From an uncultured Bdellovibrionales bacterium (GTDB lineage Bacteria > Patescibacteriota > Minisyncoccia > Moranbacterales > UBA1568): 64,000 nucleotides of DNA. Shown here in pieces: positions 28,899 to 38,551 of the stretch. The stretch spans positions 40,268 through 104,267 of the forward strand of contig CAZTBI010000003.1 in NCBI GenBank assembly GCA_964612055.1, in the 5' to 3' direction. A program made the translations under genes and the position numbers. The notes under the pieces are model-generated. The model did not search any database and was not told the origin of the DNA. It saw only the letters and a list, made by a program, of their open reading frames with translations. The stretch's first letter is position 1. Every line of letters begins with the position of its first letter.

Positions 28899-29558
28899 TT
28901 ATTCCTTGGTCTTTGTCGGAGTATCCCAGGAAGCAAAACGCTTTTCCAGAACCTTTACCCCAGCCTCAGTCATGAGTACATACTCGTGATCCAACAACTG
29001 CACTACGTTGAGGTTTTCTGTCAAAGTATTTTCTATTTTTGGAATGTTACGAGACATAACAGTGAGAGCAAACTCATCTCCCGAGAGAGACAGGGTCAAG
29101 CTCCGCCCATTCATACCGAGCGCCTTCATGGTCTCTGCAAACAATTTGGTCTTCTTTTCAGAGTAAGAGAGCGTATCAACAACCACTAACTTTCCAGCAC
29201 GAAGCTTTTCTGAAAGCGCAATCATGACGGCCTTCTGACGCATCTTAGCATTGGTATTCTTAGAAAAATTTCGTTCCTTGGTCGGACCAAAGGTGACTCC
29301 TCCCTTGCGCCACAATGGGCTACGGGTAGCACCAGCACGAGCGCGACCTGTTCCCTTCTGGCGCCACGGCTTGATACCGGAACCAGCACGCTCTCCCCGA
29401 TCTTTGGTATGAGCAATAGCCACACGCTTGTTCCCTGTCAAAGCAACGTATACCTGGTGCAAGAGCGTATCATTGGAAGGCTGCCCGAAAACAGACTCTT
29501 TCAAAGAAAGTTCTTTCACATCAGCTCCAGCAATATTTTTGACAGTGACAGTAGACAT
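28899..29558 (-). CDS. rplD: 50S ribosomal protein L4
   Basis: KPWRQKGTGRARAG, WRKGGVTFGP. Confidence 0.98.
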   Translation of the reverse strand: MSTVTVKNIAGADVKELSLKESVFGQPSNDTLLHQVYVALTGNKRVAIAHTKDRGERAGSGIKPWRQKGTGRARAGATRSPLWRKGGVTFGPTKERNFSKNTNAKMRQKAVMIALSEKLRAGKLVVVDTLSYSEKKTKLFAETMKALGMNGRSLTLSLSGDEFALTVMSRNIPKIENTLTENLNVVQLLDHEYVLMTEAGVKVLEKRFASWDTPTKTKE

Positions 29559-29571
29559 ACATTCGTTACAG

Positions 29572-30189
29572 TTAGTTTGCGCTCATCACTTGGACGATCC
29601 GGCCATTCACACCTGGGACAGCACCCTTCACACCGATCAAACCCTCTGCTTCATTGACATACACTACTGAGAGGTTGAGTGCGGTCATATTCTCACCACC
29701 CATGCGGCCAGCCATACGACGACCCTTGATGACGTGTTCTGGAAATGTGGCACCGATAGATCCTGGCTTGCGCAAGTCGTGCTTACCGCCGTGACTGCCG
29801 CGACCGCCAGCAAATCCATGACGCTTCACCACACCCTGGAATCCCTTTGATTTTGTCACACCAGCGACATTGACCTTGTCTCCTACAGCAAATACCGATA
29901 CGGCAATCTGCGTGTCGACAGGAAATTTCTCCAATTCCTTGGCGAGTTCCTGTATCTCTTCCGTGCGATTTTCTTTGGTCAATGCGCGATCAACACGGAA
30001 TTCCTTACGGACCGTTTTCTTAGCATTTTTCTTGGTCTCTACCTGAATCGCGAGGTAGCCGTCCTTTTCCAATGTTCGATTCAAAGTCACCTTATTCTCG
30101 CCACAAGCAATCAAAGTCATATTCAAGGCGCCCTTCGCTTCATCGAAGAGAGTCGTCATGCCAAGTTTTTTTCCTATGATGAATTTCAT
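29572..30189 (-). CDS. rplC: 50S ribosomal protein L3
   Basis: GKKLGMT, KGFQGVVKRHGF, PGSIG, KGAVPG. Confidence 0.98.
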   Translation of the reverse strand: MKFIIGKKLGMTTLFDEAKGALNMTLIACGENKVTLNRTLEKDGYLAIQVETKKNAKKTVRKEFRVDRALTKENRTEEIQELAKELEKFPVDTQIAVSVFAVGDKVNVAGVTKSKGFQGVVKRHGFAGGRGSHGGKHDLRKPGSIGATFPEHVIKGRRMAGRMGGENMTALNLSVVYVNEAEGLIGVKGAVPGVNGRIVQVMSAN

Positions 30190-30328
30190 CGTCGTAGAGT
30201 ATCCTTATTTACAAACAAAAAACTGGGCTTGAAGCGTGCCAGTTTTCAGATTTCCTGAAATTGGTTCGCTTAGTATCCGCTCTTCTCACCTGAAGACTTC
30301 AAATGAAGAGGGACTTGAACGAGGGTGA
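30190..30328 (-). promoter_or_regulatory. Structured rpsJ-rplC spacer with attenuator-like hairpin
   Basis: Three stem-loops; the last (AAAACTGG/CCAGTTTT) is followed by TTGTTTG on the mRNA strand. Confidence 0.55.
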
Positions 30329-30664
30329 CTACATCTTTATCTCCACATCTACACCAGCGGGGAGATCAAGGTTCGTCAGGTTGTCTATTGTTTTTGCTGT
30401 CGGATTGATAATGTCGATCAGGCGCTTGTGCACTCGCATCTCGTATTGATCACGAGAGTTTTTGTGCACGAACGTCGAGCGGTTAACAGTCACTTTGTGG
30501 ATTTCTGTCGGAAGCGGCACTGGACCGGTAATTTCTGCTCCGGTACGCTCGGCTGTTTCGACGATCTTCCGCGCTGACTGGTCAATCACCTTGTGATCGT
30601 ACGCTTTGATCTTGATTCGGACACGCAGATTAGGCGTTGTTTCTGTCTTTTTCATTGCGTTCAT
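30329..30664 (-). CDS. rpsJ: 30S ribosomal protein S10
   Basis: [23 protein letters not shown]. Confidence 0.98.
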   Translation of the reverse strand: MNAMKKTETTPNLRVRIKIKAYDHKVIDQSARKIVETAERTGAEITGPVPLPTEIHKVTVNRSTFVHKNSRDQYEMRVHKRLIDIINPTAKTIDNLTNLDLPAGVDVEIKM

Positions 30665-30768
30665 TATAATCTATCTTTTCCCTTTTTTCAAGAGAACTAT
30701 CGTGGGAGTAACCGCCAACCGGTTACTCTCCACTAAGTTGTCTCGAAGTGTATCCGCCTGAAGCAGGA

Positions 30769-31962
30769 TTATTTCGTGATCTTGGTAGCAACACCAGCAC
30801 CGACAGTGCGTCCACCTTCGCGGATAGCAAAGCGCATACCTTCTTCCATGGCAACTGGAGCCAAGAGCTTGATATTGAGCTTGACGGTATCACCAGGCAT
30901 CACCATCTCAGTTCCTTCTGGCAAAATCACTTCACCAGTCACGTCAGTCGTGCGGATATAGAACTGTGGCTTGTAACCCTTGAAGAACGGAGTGTGACGA
31001 CCACCTTCCTCTTTGGAGAGGACGTACACTTCACCTTCAAATTCAGTATGAGGAGTGATCGAACCAGGCTTGGCCAATACCTGACCACGCTCGACATCTT
31101 CCTTTTTGATACCACGAATGAGGAGTCCGGCATTGTCACCAGCAGTTCCCTTGTCGAGCTGCTTGTTAAACATTTCGATACCAGTCACTACCGTCTTGGC
31201 AGTATCCTTGATACCAACGATTTCTACTTCTTCGTTGATGTTCACCATACCACGCTCGATACGGCCAGTCACTACTGTACCGCGACCTTCGATCGAGAAA
31301 ATGTCTTCGATTGGCATGAGGAATGGCTTGTCGAGATCACGCACTGGCTGTGGAATCTGCGTGTCAAGAGCCGCCATCAGATCCAAAATTGGCTTGGCAT
31401 CAGCTTCATCAGCACTCTTAGCATTCAAAGCCTTCAAAGCGCTTCCACGAACGATAGTAGCGTTATCACCGTCAAATTCGTACTTGGAAAGGAGTTCGCG
31501 AACTTCAGCCTCTACGAGGTCGATCAATTCAGCGTCATCTACCATATCTACCTTGTTCAAGAAAACCACGATAGCTGGTACACCCACTTGACGAGCCAAA
31601 AGGATGTGCTCGCGGGTCTGAGGCATAGGACCATCAGTGGCAGACACCACCAAGATAGCGCCGTCCATCTGAGCGGCACCCGTAATCATGTTCTTGATAT
31701 AGTCAGCGTGACCAGGACAGTCAACGTGAGCATAGTGACGAACATCAGATTCGTATTCACAGTGTGAGGTCGAGATGGTGATACCACGCTCTTTTTCCTC
31801 TGGAGCCTTGTCGATCTCATCAACACTTTTCTCCTTGGCAAATCCCTTCATGGACATGACGTGAAGAATAGCGGCGGTAAGCGTTGTCTTACCGTGGTCA
31901 ACGTGACCGATGGTACCAACGTTTACATGGGGCTTAGAACGGTTGAATTGCTCTGCTGCCAT
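30769..31962 (-). CDS. tuf: Elongation factor Tu
   Basis: [32 protein letters not shown]. Confidence 0.99.
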   Translation of the reverse strand: MAAEQFNRSKPHVNVGTIGHVDHGKTTLTAAILHVMSMKGFAKEKSVDEIDKAPEEKERGITISTSHCEYESDVRHYAHVDCPGHADYIKNMITGAAQMDGAILVVSATDGPMPQTREHILLARQVGVPAIVVFLNKVDMVDDAELIDLVEAEVRELLSKYEFDGDNATIVRGSALKALNAKSADEADAKPILDLMAALDTQIPQPVRDLDKPFLMPIEDIFSIEGRGTVVTGRIERGMVNINEEVEIVGIKDTAKTVVTGIEMFNKQLDKGTAGDNAGLLIRGIKKEDVERGQVLAKPGSITPHTEFEGEVYVLSKEEGGRHTPFFKGYKPQFYIRTTDVTGEVILPEGTEMVMPGDTVKLNIKLLAPVAMEEGMRFAIREGGRTVGAGVATKITK

Positions 31963-32063
31963 AACCTTTTATTCAAACGAATTATTATAAAACTTTGCTT
32001 GTTTTTCTATCGAGTCTTGAGACGTCAAAAACGAAAAAAGCTCGAGAAAAAGCGTCACTCGCT

Positions 32064-32092
32064 ATAATATCAACTGGTTGGAAAACTGTCAA
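32064..32092 (-). promoter_or_regulatory. tuf promoter
   Basis: TTGACA-17-TATTAT with TGn extension. Confidence 0.8.
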
Positions 32093-32238
32093 CCCCGATA
32101 CCATTTCTTCCTCATCAGTCCTGATATTCCCTCTCCAGCCAAGTCACCGGAGAGGAAAATACAGGGCCTCCAGTGTACACTTTGGTAATGAAAACCCCGC
32201 GCTGACCGTAGCCAAACGCGGGATCCGATCCGAGGTGT

Positions 32239-32562
32239 TCAGAAATTGAATTCTTGATAGCCGTGCTCCGTGTCATAGTCGGGCAGCCAGTAGTCAGCTC
32301 GTTGAGCGTCAATGTAGCTCAGGTGGACTTCATAGTCGCAGTCATCTCCCAGCCGGTACTGCTCCAGGACATACGTCGCCAATCCCTGCGCATCTTCAAT
32401 ACACACTCGCAGGATTTTCACCCCATTCCACATACCACGCTGAGCGGATATGAGATTGAGCTCCAACTTACGTTCCCTGAGCCAAGCGATCAATTCTTCT
32501 CGATAGGACTCCTGATGTCCGACTCGGATATCAACATACTGCTTTGCTGTGACAGCTGACAT
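32239..32562 (-). CDS. Orphan hypothetical protein inserted between fusA and tuf
   Basis: 107 aa from ATG 32562 with GGAG SD and its own promoter. Confidence 0.65.
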   Translation of the reverse strand: MSAVTAKQYVDIRVGHQESYREELIAWLRERKLELNLISAQRGMWNGVKILRVCIEDAQGLATYVLEQYRLGDDCDYEVHLSYIDAQRADYWLPDYDTEHGYQEFNF

Positions 32563-32607
32563 GACAAGTCTCCGTAGCAAACCCGTTGGAGAGATTTCCA
32601 ACAGACT

Positions 32608-32636
32608 AGACTACCCAAAAAGAAGGTGGTTGTCAA
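32608..32636 (-). promoter_or_regulatory. Promoter of the inserted orphan gene
   Basis: TTGACA-17-TAGTCT. Confidence 0.65.
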
Positions 32637-32640
32637 TTTC

Positions 32641-32672
32641 AAAAACAAAAACCAGCCCACTCGGGCTGGTTT
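32641..32672 (-). terminator. fusA terminator
   Basis: AAACCAGCCC-GAGT-GGGCTGGTTT plus U-tract. Confidence 0.85.
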
Positions 32673-32696
32673 GGAAGTTTCGTGATTCCCCCCTCC

Positions 32697-34808
32697 TTAT
32701 GCTACGGCCTTCACATCACCAGAAGCCGTGCGGGTACCGATAATTTCAGTCGCCACGTTGTTTGGCACTTCGGCATAGTGACCGAATTCCATGGAGTAGC
32801 TGGCGCGACCCTGCGACATCGAGCGCATCTGAGTCGCATAGCCGAACATGGACGAAAGAGGCACTTCGGCATGAATCTCTTTGACGGCAGCTGTACCCTC
32901 TCCACGAGCATTCATCTCCTTGATGACACCACGCTTGGACGATAGGTCACCCACGATATCACCCATGAAGTTTTCTGGAGTAATGACCACCACTTTCATA
33001 ATTGGTTCCAAAATCATCGGCTTGGCCTTGCGACAAGCTTCCTTGAACGCCATAGAACCAGCGATACGGAACGCAGCTTCCGAAGAGTCAACATCGTGAT
33101 ACGATCCATCGTAGACAGTCGCTTTCACGTCCACCATTGGATAACCAGCAAGCACACCCGTCTGCATCGCTTCCTGAATTCCCTTGTCGATCGGCTTGAT
33201 GAATTCCTGTGGGATAGCACCACCCTTTACTTCGTTACCGAATTCATAGCCCTTACCAGTTTCATTGGCTTCCACCCGGATCCAACAATGACCATATTGC
33301 CCTCGTCCACCAGACTGCTTGATGTACTTTCCTTCGGATTCAGCCATGCCACGAATGGTTTCACGGTAGGCCACCTGAGGACGACCGACGTTCACTTCTA
33401 CTTTGAATTCACGACGCATACGATCCACCAAGATATCAAGGTGCAGCTCTCCCATACCAGACATGATCGTCTGTCCCGTCTCTTCATCAGTGTGGACACG
33501 GAAGGTCGGATCTTCTTCGAGCAGTTTCTTCAAAGCCATACCCATCTTTTCCTGGTCAGCCTTCGTTTTTGGCTCGACAGAAATATCGATCACCGGTTCT
33601 GGAAAAGTAATCGATTCGAGAATCACTGGTTTGTCCAAATCGCAGAGTGTGTTCCCAGTGGTAGTCACTTTCATACCAACCAAAGCACCAATATCACCAG
33701 CGGAAAGCTCTTCGATTTCTTCACGGTGATTGGCATGCATACGGAGAATACGTCCGATACGTTCCTTCTCATTCTTGGTGGAGTTGAGCACGTAGGATCC
33801 AGCCTTTACCGTACCAGAGTAGACACGGAAGAACGTCAGCTGTCCCACGAACGGATCGGTGGCGATCTTGAACGCTAGCGCCGAGAAGATTTCATCATCT
33901 CGCGTCTCACGAACAAGCGGTGCATCGGTCTTTGGATCAGTGCCCGTCACTGGAGGAATATCAATTGGGGATGGAAGATAATCAACAACCGCATCAAGTA
34001 CCAACTGCACGCCCTTATTACGAAGAGCAGTACCAGTCATCACTGGATGAAGCTTCACAGCGATAGTCGCTTTACGAAGCGCTGCCTTTAATTCGGCAAC
34101 CGAAATTTCTTCACCATTCAAGTACTTCTCAGTGAGCGTATCATCCGTTTCGGAAATCTTTTCCACCATTTTTTCACGCCATTCGCGGGCCTGCTCAGCG
34201 TACTCAGCTGGAATCTCACCCTCAATCACTTTCTCACCCATGTCGCCATCGAACGTGTAGGCCTTCATGGTCATGAGGTCAATCAGACCATAGAAATCAC
34301 CGCGCAGTCCCATCGGGTACTGGATAGCCACAGCATGTGGAGTCAAGCGGTTCCAAATAGAAGACAGCGCTTCTTCAAAGACGGCGCCCTCTTTGTCGAT
34401 CTTGTTGATAAAGCACATACGAGGCACTTCGTATTTCTCAGCCTGGCGCCATACGGTCTCAGACTGCGGCTCCACACCTTCTTTCCCATCGAAAACAACC
34501 ACGCCACCGTCAAGGACGCGCAAAGAACGCTCTACTTCTACGGTAAAGTCTACGTGACCAGGCGTGTCGATGATGTTGATGTGATGACCCTTCCAGTAAC
34601 AGGTGGTGGCAGCGGAAGTGATCGTGATGCCACGCTCCTGCTCCTGCTCCATCCAGTCCATGGTCGCGGTTCCTTCGTGCACTTCACCAATCTTGTGCGT
34701 GATACCGGTGTAGAACAAAATACGCTCCGTCGTCGTTGTCTTACCAGCGTCGATGTGCGCGATAATACCGATATTGCGATATTTCTCGATAGGAGTCTTG
34801 CGAGCCAT
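32697..34808 (-). CDS. fusA: Elongation factor G
   Basis: [32 protein letters not shown]. Confidence 0.99.
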   Translation of the reverse strand: MARKTPIEKYRNIGIIAHIDAGKTTTTERILFYTGITHKIGEVHEGTATMDWMEQEQERGITITSAATTCYWKGHHINIIDTPGHVDFTVEVERSLRVLDGGVVVFDGKEGVEPQSETVWRQAEKYEVPRMCFINKIDKEGAVFEEALSSIWNRLTPHAVAIQYPMGLRGDFYGLIDLMTMKAYTFDGDMGEKVIEGEIPAEYAEQAREWREKMVEKISETDDTLTEKYLNGEEISVAELKAALRKATIAVKLHPVMTGTALRNKGVQLVLDAVVDYLPSPIDIPPVTGTDPKTDAPLVRETRDDEIFSALAFKIATDPFVGQLTFFRVYSGTVKAGSYVLNSTKNEKERIGRILRMHANHREEIEELSAGDIGALVGMKVTTTGNTLCDLDKPVILESITFPEPVIDISVEPKTKADQEKMGMALKKLLEEDPTFRVHTDEETGQTIMSGMGELHLDILVDRMRREFKVEVNVGRPQVAYRETIRGMAESEGKYIKQSGGRGQYGHCWIRVEANETGKGYEFGNEVKGGAIPQEFIKPIDKGIQEAMQTGVLAGYPMVDVKATVYDGSYHDVDSSEAAFRIAGSMAFKEACRKAKPMILEPIMKVVVITPENFMGDIVGDLSSKRGVIKEMNARGEGTAAVKEIHAEVPLSSMFGYATQMRSMSQGRASYSMEFGHYAEVPNNVATEIIGTRTASGDVKAVA

Positions 34809-34919
34809 ACACGTTTATGAAAAGGAAATTATTTTACTTTATGATTTATGAAAGGAAAGAAGAAAGAAAAGTGACTCTTCTTTCTTCTCATTCATCTCAG
34901 GAATAGACATTGGAGAGCC

Positions 34920-35387
34920 TTAGGCGAAATGGGCAAAAGCCTTGTTGGCTTCGGCCATACGGTGCGTTTCGTCACGCTTCTTCATAGCTGATCCAACTTT
35001 GTTCGAAGCATCAAGGAGTTCGTCGGCCAGCTTCTCAGCCATAGCCTTCCCCTTCTTGTTGCGACAGCTGTCGCGAATCCAACGCATAGCGAGCACCTGG
35101 CGACGCTCACCAGAAACCGGCACCGGCACCTGATAGTTGGCGCCACCAACGCGGCGACTCTTCAACTGCAAAAGTGGTGAAACGTTCTTGATCGCCTGTT
35201 CAAAAGTATTGAGACCACCCTTCTTGGTACGCTCATGGATAATATCAAATGATTCGTAGACAATCTTTTCAGCCACGCTCTTCTTGCCGCACCACATGAT
35301 CATGCCAACAAAATGACCAACTAACGGATTTCCATACAGAGTATCCGGCTTCCATTCACGGGCAAATTGTCGTTTTCTTCGTGGCAT
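34920..35387 (-). CDS. rpsG: 30S ribosomal protein S7
   Basis: RRVGGANYQVP, HRMAEANKAFAH. Confidence 0.98.
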   Translation of the reverse strand: MPRRKRQFAREWKPDTLYGNPLVGHFVGMIMWCGKKSVAEKIVYESFDIIHERTKKGGLNTFEQAIKNVSPLLQLKSRRVGGANYQVPVPVSGERRQVLAMRWIRDSCRNKKGKAMAEKLADELLDASNKVGSAMKKRDETHRMAEANKAFAHFA

Positions 35388-35415
35388 AGCGTCTTACAAA
35401 AATATCAGGGAGAAA

Positions 35416-35832
35416 TTAATCCTTCTTCTTGTCCTTCTTGGCACCGTACTTGCTGCGGCTTTGCTTACGCGCTACACCAGCGGCATCGAAGATACCACGG
35501 ACGATGTGATAGCGTACACCAGGGAGATCCTTCACGCGACCACCGCGGATCATGACGATCGAGTGCTCCTGCAAATTATGTCCTTCACCTGGGATGTAGG
35601 CCGTCACTTCCATACCGTTCGTCAAACGCACACGAGCAATCTTACGAAGAGCGGAGTTTGGCTTCTTTGGAGTCGTGGTCGATACCTTGATACACACACC
35701 GCGCTTGAATGGACTATCGTGAAACGTGTTGCGGTTCTTGACCGTGTTGATCGAATACGTCATGGCCGGAGATTTGGATTTCTTCACCGATGAAGTACGA
35801 GGACGCTTGATAAGTTGGTTGATCGTGGCCAC
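35416..35832 (-). CDS. rpsL: 30S ribosomal protein S12
   Basis: [20 protein letters not shown]; GTG start. Confidence 0.99.
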   Translation of the reverse strand: MATINQLIKRPRTSSVKKSKSPAMTYSINTVKNRNTFHDSPFKRGVCIKVSTTTPKKPNSALRKIARVRLTNGMEVTAYIPGEGHNLQEHSIVMIRGGRVKDLPGVRYHIVRGIFDAAGVARKQSRSKYGAKKDKKKD

Positions 35833-35930
35833 AGGACTTGGAAAAAATTAGAGCGATTATTATTGAAAGAATCTGAGGGGAATCCCTCGTACAAAGACAA
35901 ACAAAAAAGCGGTGCTTTTCCGTAGTGCCT

Positions 35931-35960
35931 ATACTACCCTACGATTCAGGTTTGTGTCAA
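35931..35960 (-). promoter_or_regulatory. str operon promoter
   Basis: TTGACA-18-TAGTAT. Confidence 0.65.
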
Positions 35961-35986
35961 CCCCGCCCTCCCTTAGAGGCTTTTGC

Positions 35987-36709
35987 TTAGAGGGTAAGCC
36001 GGAGAAAAAGACTCAAGACAAAGTTGATAAAAATACCAATGGGCTCAGAAAAGAAGAAGATGACGAAAATAAGGAGAAAAAGTCCGTACTGCTCAATCAT
36101 GAGGACCGTTCGTTCCGAAAGGGAGAGGAAAGTATAGAGAATCTTGGAGCCATCAAGCGGCGGAACAGGCAAGAGATTAAAACACCCTAAAACCACATTC
36201 CACAAGATAATCATTAGGAGTATAAGGAAAATGATGTGCCAAAATGACCCCGCAACAGAGTCCGCTAAAAGTCCCCACTTATCCATGAATCCATCTTTCG
36301 GCGAAGCCATATAAAGCCTCCTAATAATGTCTACTTTAGCAGCTGTAACGATTGGCAACATACTCGCAATCAGAGCAGCTACAAAGGCGACAATAAAGTT
36401 TGAGGCTGGTCCAGCTAAAGCTACTAGTGTGGGCCCCCACTTCTGATCACGCAGATTATAAGGATTGTACGGTACTGGTTTAGCCCAACCGAAAATAAAT
36501 GGTGACTGAGTGATAAAAAGAAGTACTGGCAAAATGACTGATCCAAACGGATCAATATGCTTCATGGGGTTCAAATTGAGCCGCCCGGCATATTTGGCCG
36601 TCAGATCCCCTAGAAAAAGTGCCATCACCCCGTGGGACACCTCGTGAATAATAACCGAATAAATGAGGGTCAGGAGATAAAAACCGACCAAAACTATTTC
36701 GTGCATCAT
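35987..36709 (-). CDS. Site-2 (M50) membrane metalloprotease
   Basis: HEVSH, GWAKPVP, AGPASN, FNLLPVPPLDG; start moved to ATG 36709. Confidence 0.93.
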   Translation of the reverse strand: MMHEIVLVGFYLLTLIYSVIIHEVSHGVMALFLGDLTAKYAGRLNLNPMKHIDPFGSVILPVLLFITQSPFIFGWAKPVPYNPYNLRDQKWGPTLVALAGPASNFIVAFVAALIASMLPIVTAAKVDIIRRLYMASPKDGFMDKWGLLADSVAGSFWHIIFLILLMIILWNVVLGCFNLLPVPPLDGSKILYTFLSLSERTVLMIEQYGLFLLIFVIFFFSEPIGIFINFVLSLFLRLTL

Positions 36710-36802
36710 GTTTTCTGAAAAAAGTAACGACTCTCTTCCTTGGCCTTGCCAAGAAAGCTTCTCTATGATACTCTGATTTTTGTAACTGTTCAACAGGATC
36801 TT

Positions 36803-36979
36803 ATGAGCCGAACCTGCCAACTCACCGGCCGTGGAACGAAAACTGGGAATAAAATCAGCCATTCCAAGCGTCACAGTCGTCGCACTTTCAAGGTAAACGT
36901 GCAGACCAAGCGTCTCGGAGGCATGAAACTCCGTCTGGCCACCAAAACACTGCGCACTCTTGCCAAAGCAACTGCGTAG
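36803..36979 (+). CDS. rpmB: 50S ribosomal protein L28
   Basis: MSRTCQLTG..GNKISHSKRHSRRTFKVNVQ. Confidence 0.95.
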   Translation: MSRTCQLTGRGTKTGNKISHSKRHSRRTFKVNVQTKRLGGMKLRLATKTLRTLAKATA

Positions 36980-36987
36980 TCCAAAAC

Positions 36988-37026
36988 AAAAAACCTCCCC
37001 ATTCTGGGAGGTTTTTTTTGTTTTTT
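36988..37026 (+). terminator. rpmB terminator (bidirectional geometry)
   Basis: ACCTCCC/GGGAGGT stem flanked by A and T tracts. Confidence 0.85.
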
Positions 37027-37104
37027 GTGACGCCCGATATATTTACCTGCCTACAGCAGGCTACAGCCCGTAAAATATAGGTGAGCGTAACGAAATTTGA
37101 GACA

Positions 37105-37135
37105 AATGAAAAGAGGGAACCGTGAGATTCCCTCT
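37105..37135 (-). terminator. Terminator of the two-small-ORF unit
   Basis: AGAGGGAA/TTCCCTCT stem followed by TTTCATTT. Confidence 0.7.
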
Positions 37136-37158
37136 GTATTGTTGCTGGCGTTGCCAGC

Positions 37159-37359
37159 TTAGAAGCCGTGTTGCTCCGGATGATCGAGCGAATGCTGCAG
37201 CGCCGGATTGGTGATGCCAGCATCATCGAGACCAAAGCGCTGATCGAACCGACTCAGCACAAGCTTCGTGTTCGCCGCAAGTTGCTCTGCCGTCAAACCG
37301 CTCTGCGGTTGCGGTAGTGGACCGTTTCCGAGGTCACCCCCGGGGTTTTCGTTTGCCAT
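37159..37359 (-). CDS. Small orphan protein (66 aa)
   Basis: AAGGAG SD 6 nt before ATG; inside a promoter-terminator unit. Confidence 0.6.
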   Translation of the reverse strand: MANENPGGDLGNGPLPQPQSGLTAEQLAANTKLVLSRFDQRFGLDDAGITNPALQHSLDHPEQHGF

Positions 37360-37396
37360 GGCATACTCCTTGTTCAACTCGAACGGGGTGATTGGG

Positions 37397-37594
37397 TCAA
37401 GCGGTAGCAGCCGCTGCAGCCAACCGCTTCTTGAAAAAGATCATGACCAGATCGGACCGGTCTCCGTGAATCCGACGCTTGCACGAACCAGCGCCCATAG
37501 CATTCACGCACGCCTGGCCGCCTTCCACATGCAGGATGCACTTGGGATTGTCCCGGACACAGGACCAGCTTTGATCCTTCTCTTTGGCATTCAT
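37397..37594 (-). CDS. Small four-Cys orphan protein (65 aa)
   Basis: AAGGAG SD 9 nt before ATG; 4 Cys, 2 His; ends RLAAAAATA. Confidence 0.65.
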   Translation of the reverse strand: MNAKEKDQSWSCVRDNPKCILHVEGGQACVNAMGAGSCKRRIHGDRSDLVMIFFKKRLAAAAATA

Positions 37595-37721
37595 GATGAA
37601 ACTCTCCTTCTTGCTTTTGCTATTGAACCGTCAAAATGTCAAACAACCAAACGAAGAATGCACTTTGTGATGCATCCCCCTATTACCCTTCGTGCCAAAG
37701 CTTGTGACTTGGTACCCCGGC

Positions 37722-37750
37722 ATTATACGTTGCTTTCTCCACTTTGTCAA
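37722..37750 (-). promoter_or_regulatory. Perfect-consensus sigma70 promoter
   Basis: TTGACA-17-TATAAT. Confidence 0.9.
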
Positions 37751-37816
37751 GGGTACAAAAAAGGCCTCTATGAGGCCATTTTTGACACCTATTTTTTGAA
37801 AAATCGCTTGAAACTG

Positions 37817-38422
37817 CTATTCGAGGATGCCATCCAAATTCACATCGTAGAGTACCTGTTCCTGTACCAGACGATAGGAAACGATATCTGAAGCATTGAA
37901 CCAAAGAGGAATCTCTCGTTCCGCTTCTTCTGGGCTATCAGAACAATGAACGAGATTACGTACGGCACGATTATCGAGACTAGAAAGCGCATAAGAATCA
38001 ACAGTCAGATCACCACGAATGGTTCCGACATCGGATGTTGTTGGTTCGGTTCCTCCAACTAACTTCTTTACAATCGCCACAGATTGGTTGCCCTCAATGA
38101 CAGCGGCCAGTACTGGACCGGAAGTAAAGAAATCAACATTTGACTGAATGATATCCTTCCCATATTCCATGGCTTCTTTTTCGATAGACAGACCGTGAGT
38201 CTTGCGGTCTTCAACAACACGTGTCCCCTTCTTCATGAACCATTCGTCGTCTTTGTTGTAATGCTTCCAGCATTGATCGGCCTTTGGCAACAGAAACTTC
38301 ACCGCTACAAACTTGAGTCCGGTACGCTCAATGCGAGTCATGACTTCACCAAGGAGTGAACGTTGAACACCGTCAGGCTTCACGATAACGAGGGTGCGCT
38401 CTTTTTTCGGATGAGTCTCCAT
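37817..38422 (-). CDS. ndk: Nucleoside diphosphate kinase
   Basis: ERTLVIVKPDGVQR, GTIRGD, NLVHCSDS. Confidence 0.95.
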   Translation of the reverse strand: METHPKKERTLVIVKPDGVQRSLLGEVMTRIERTGLKFVAVKFLLPKADQCWKHYNKDDEWFMKKGTRVVEDRKTHGLSIEKEAMEYGKDIIQSNVDFFTSGPVLAAVIEGNQSVAIVKKLVGGTEPTTSDVGTIRGDLTVDSYALSSLDNRAVRNLVHCSDSPEEAEREIPLWFNASDIVSYRLVQEQVLYDVNLDGILE

Positions 38423-38513
38423 AAAATCCTATAGCTCAAAAACTTATCACAACTTATTATGACACAGAAAATAAACAATAGCAATATCACGCCATATTTT
38501 CTACATCGCAAGC

Positions 38514-38542
38514 AGTATACAGGACTCGCCTCTTCTTGGCAA
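38514..38542 (-). promoter_or_regulatory. ndk promoter
   Basis: TTGCCA-17-TATACT. Confidence 0.7.
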
Positions 38543-38551
38543 GACACCACT

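Noticed and set aside
30748-31767. 339-aa antisense ORF to tuf, and similar ones against fusA and rpsC
   Set aside because: Shadow ORFs expected from codon bias of highly expressed genes
32091-32241. TGA readthrough or genetic code 25 for the orphan gene
   Set aside because: TGA terminates core genes such as gap, murA and ftsQ-adjacent operon members normally and conserved genes have no internal TGA
37031-37087. CCTGCCTACAGCAGG palindrome between converging terminators, and ATCCGCCTGAAGCAGGAT at 30752-30769
   Set aside because: Possibly degenerate REP-like remnants, but too short and unrepeated here to support
37268-37891. 207-aa plus-strand ORF
   Set aside because: Promoter, SDs and terminator all point to the minus strand; it also overlaps ndk
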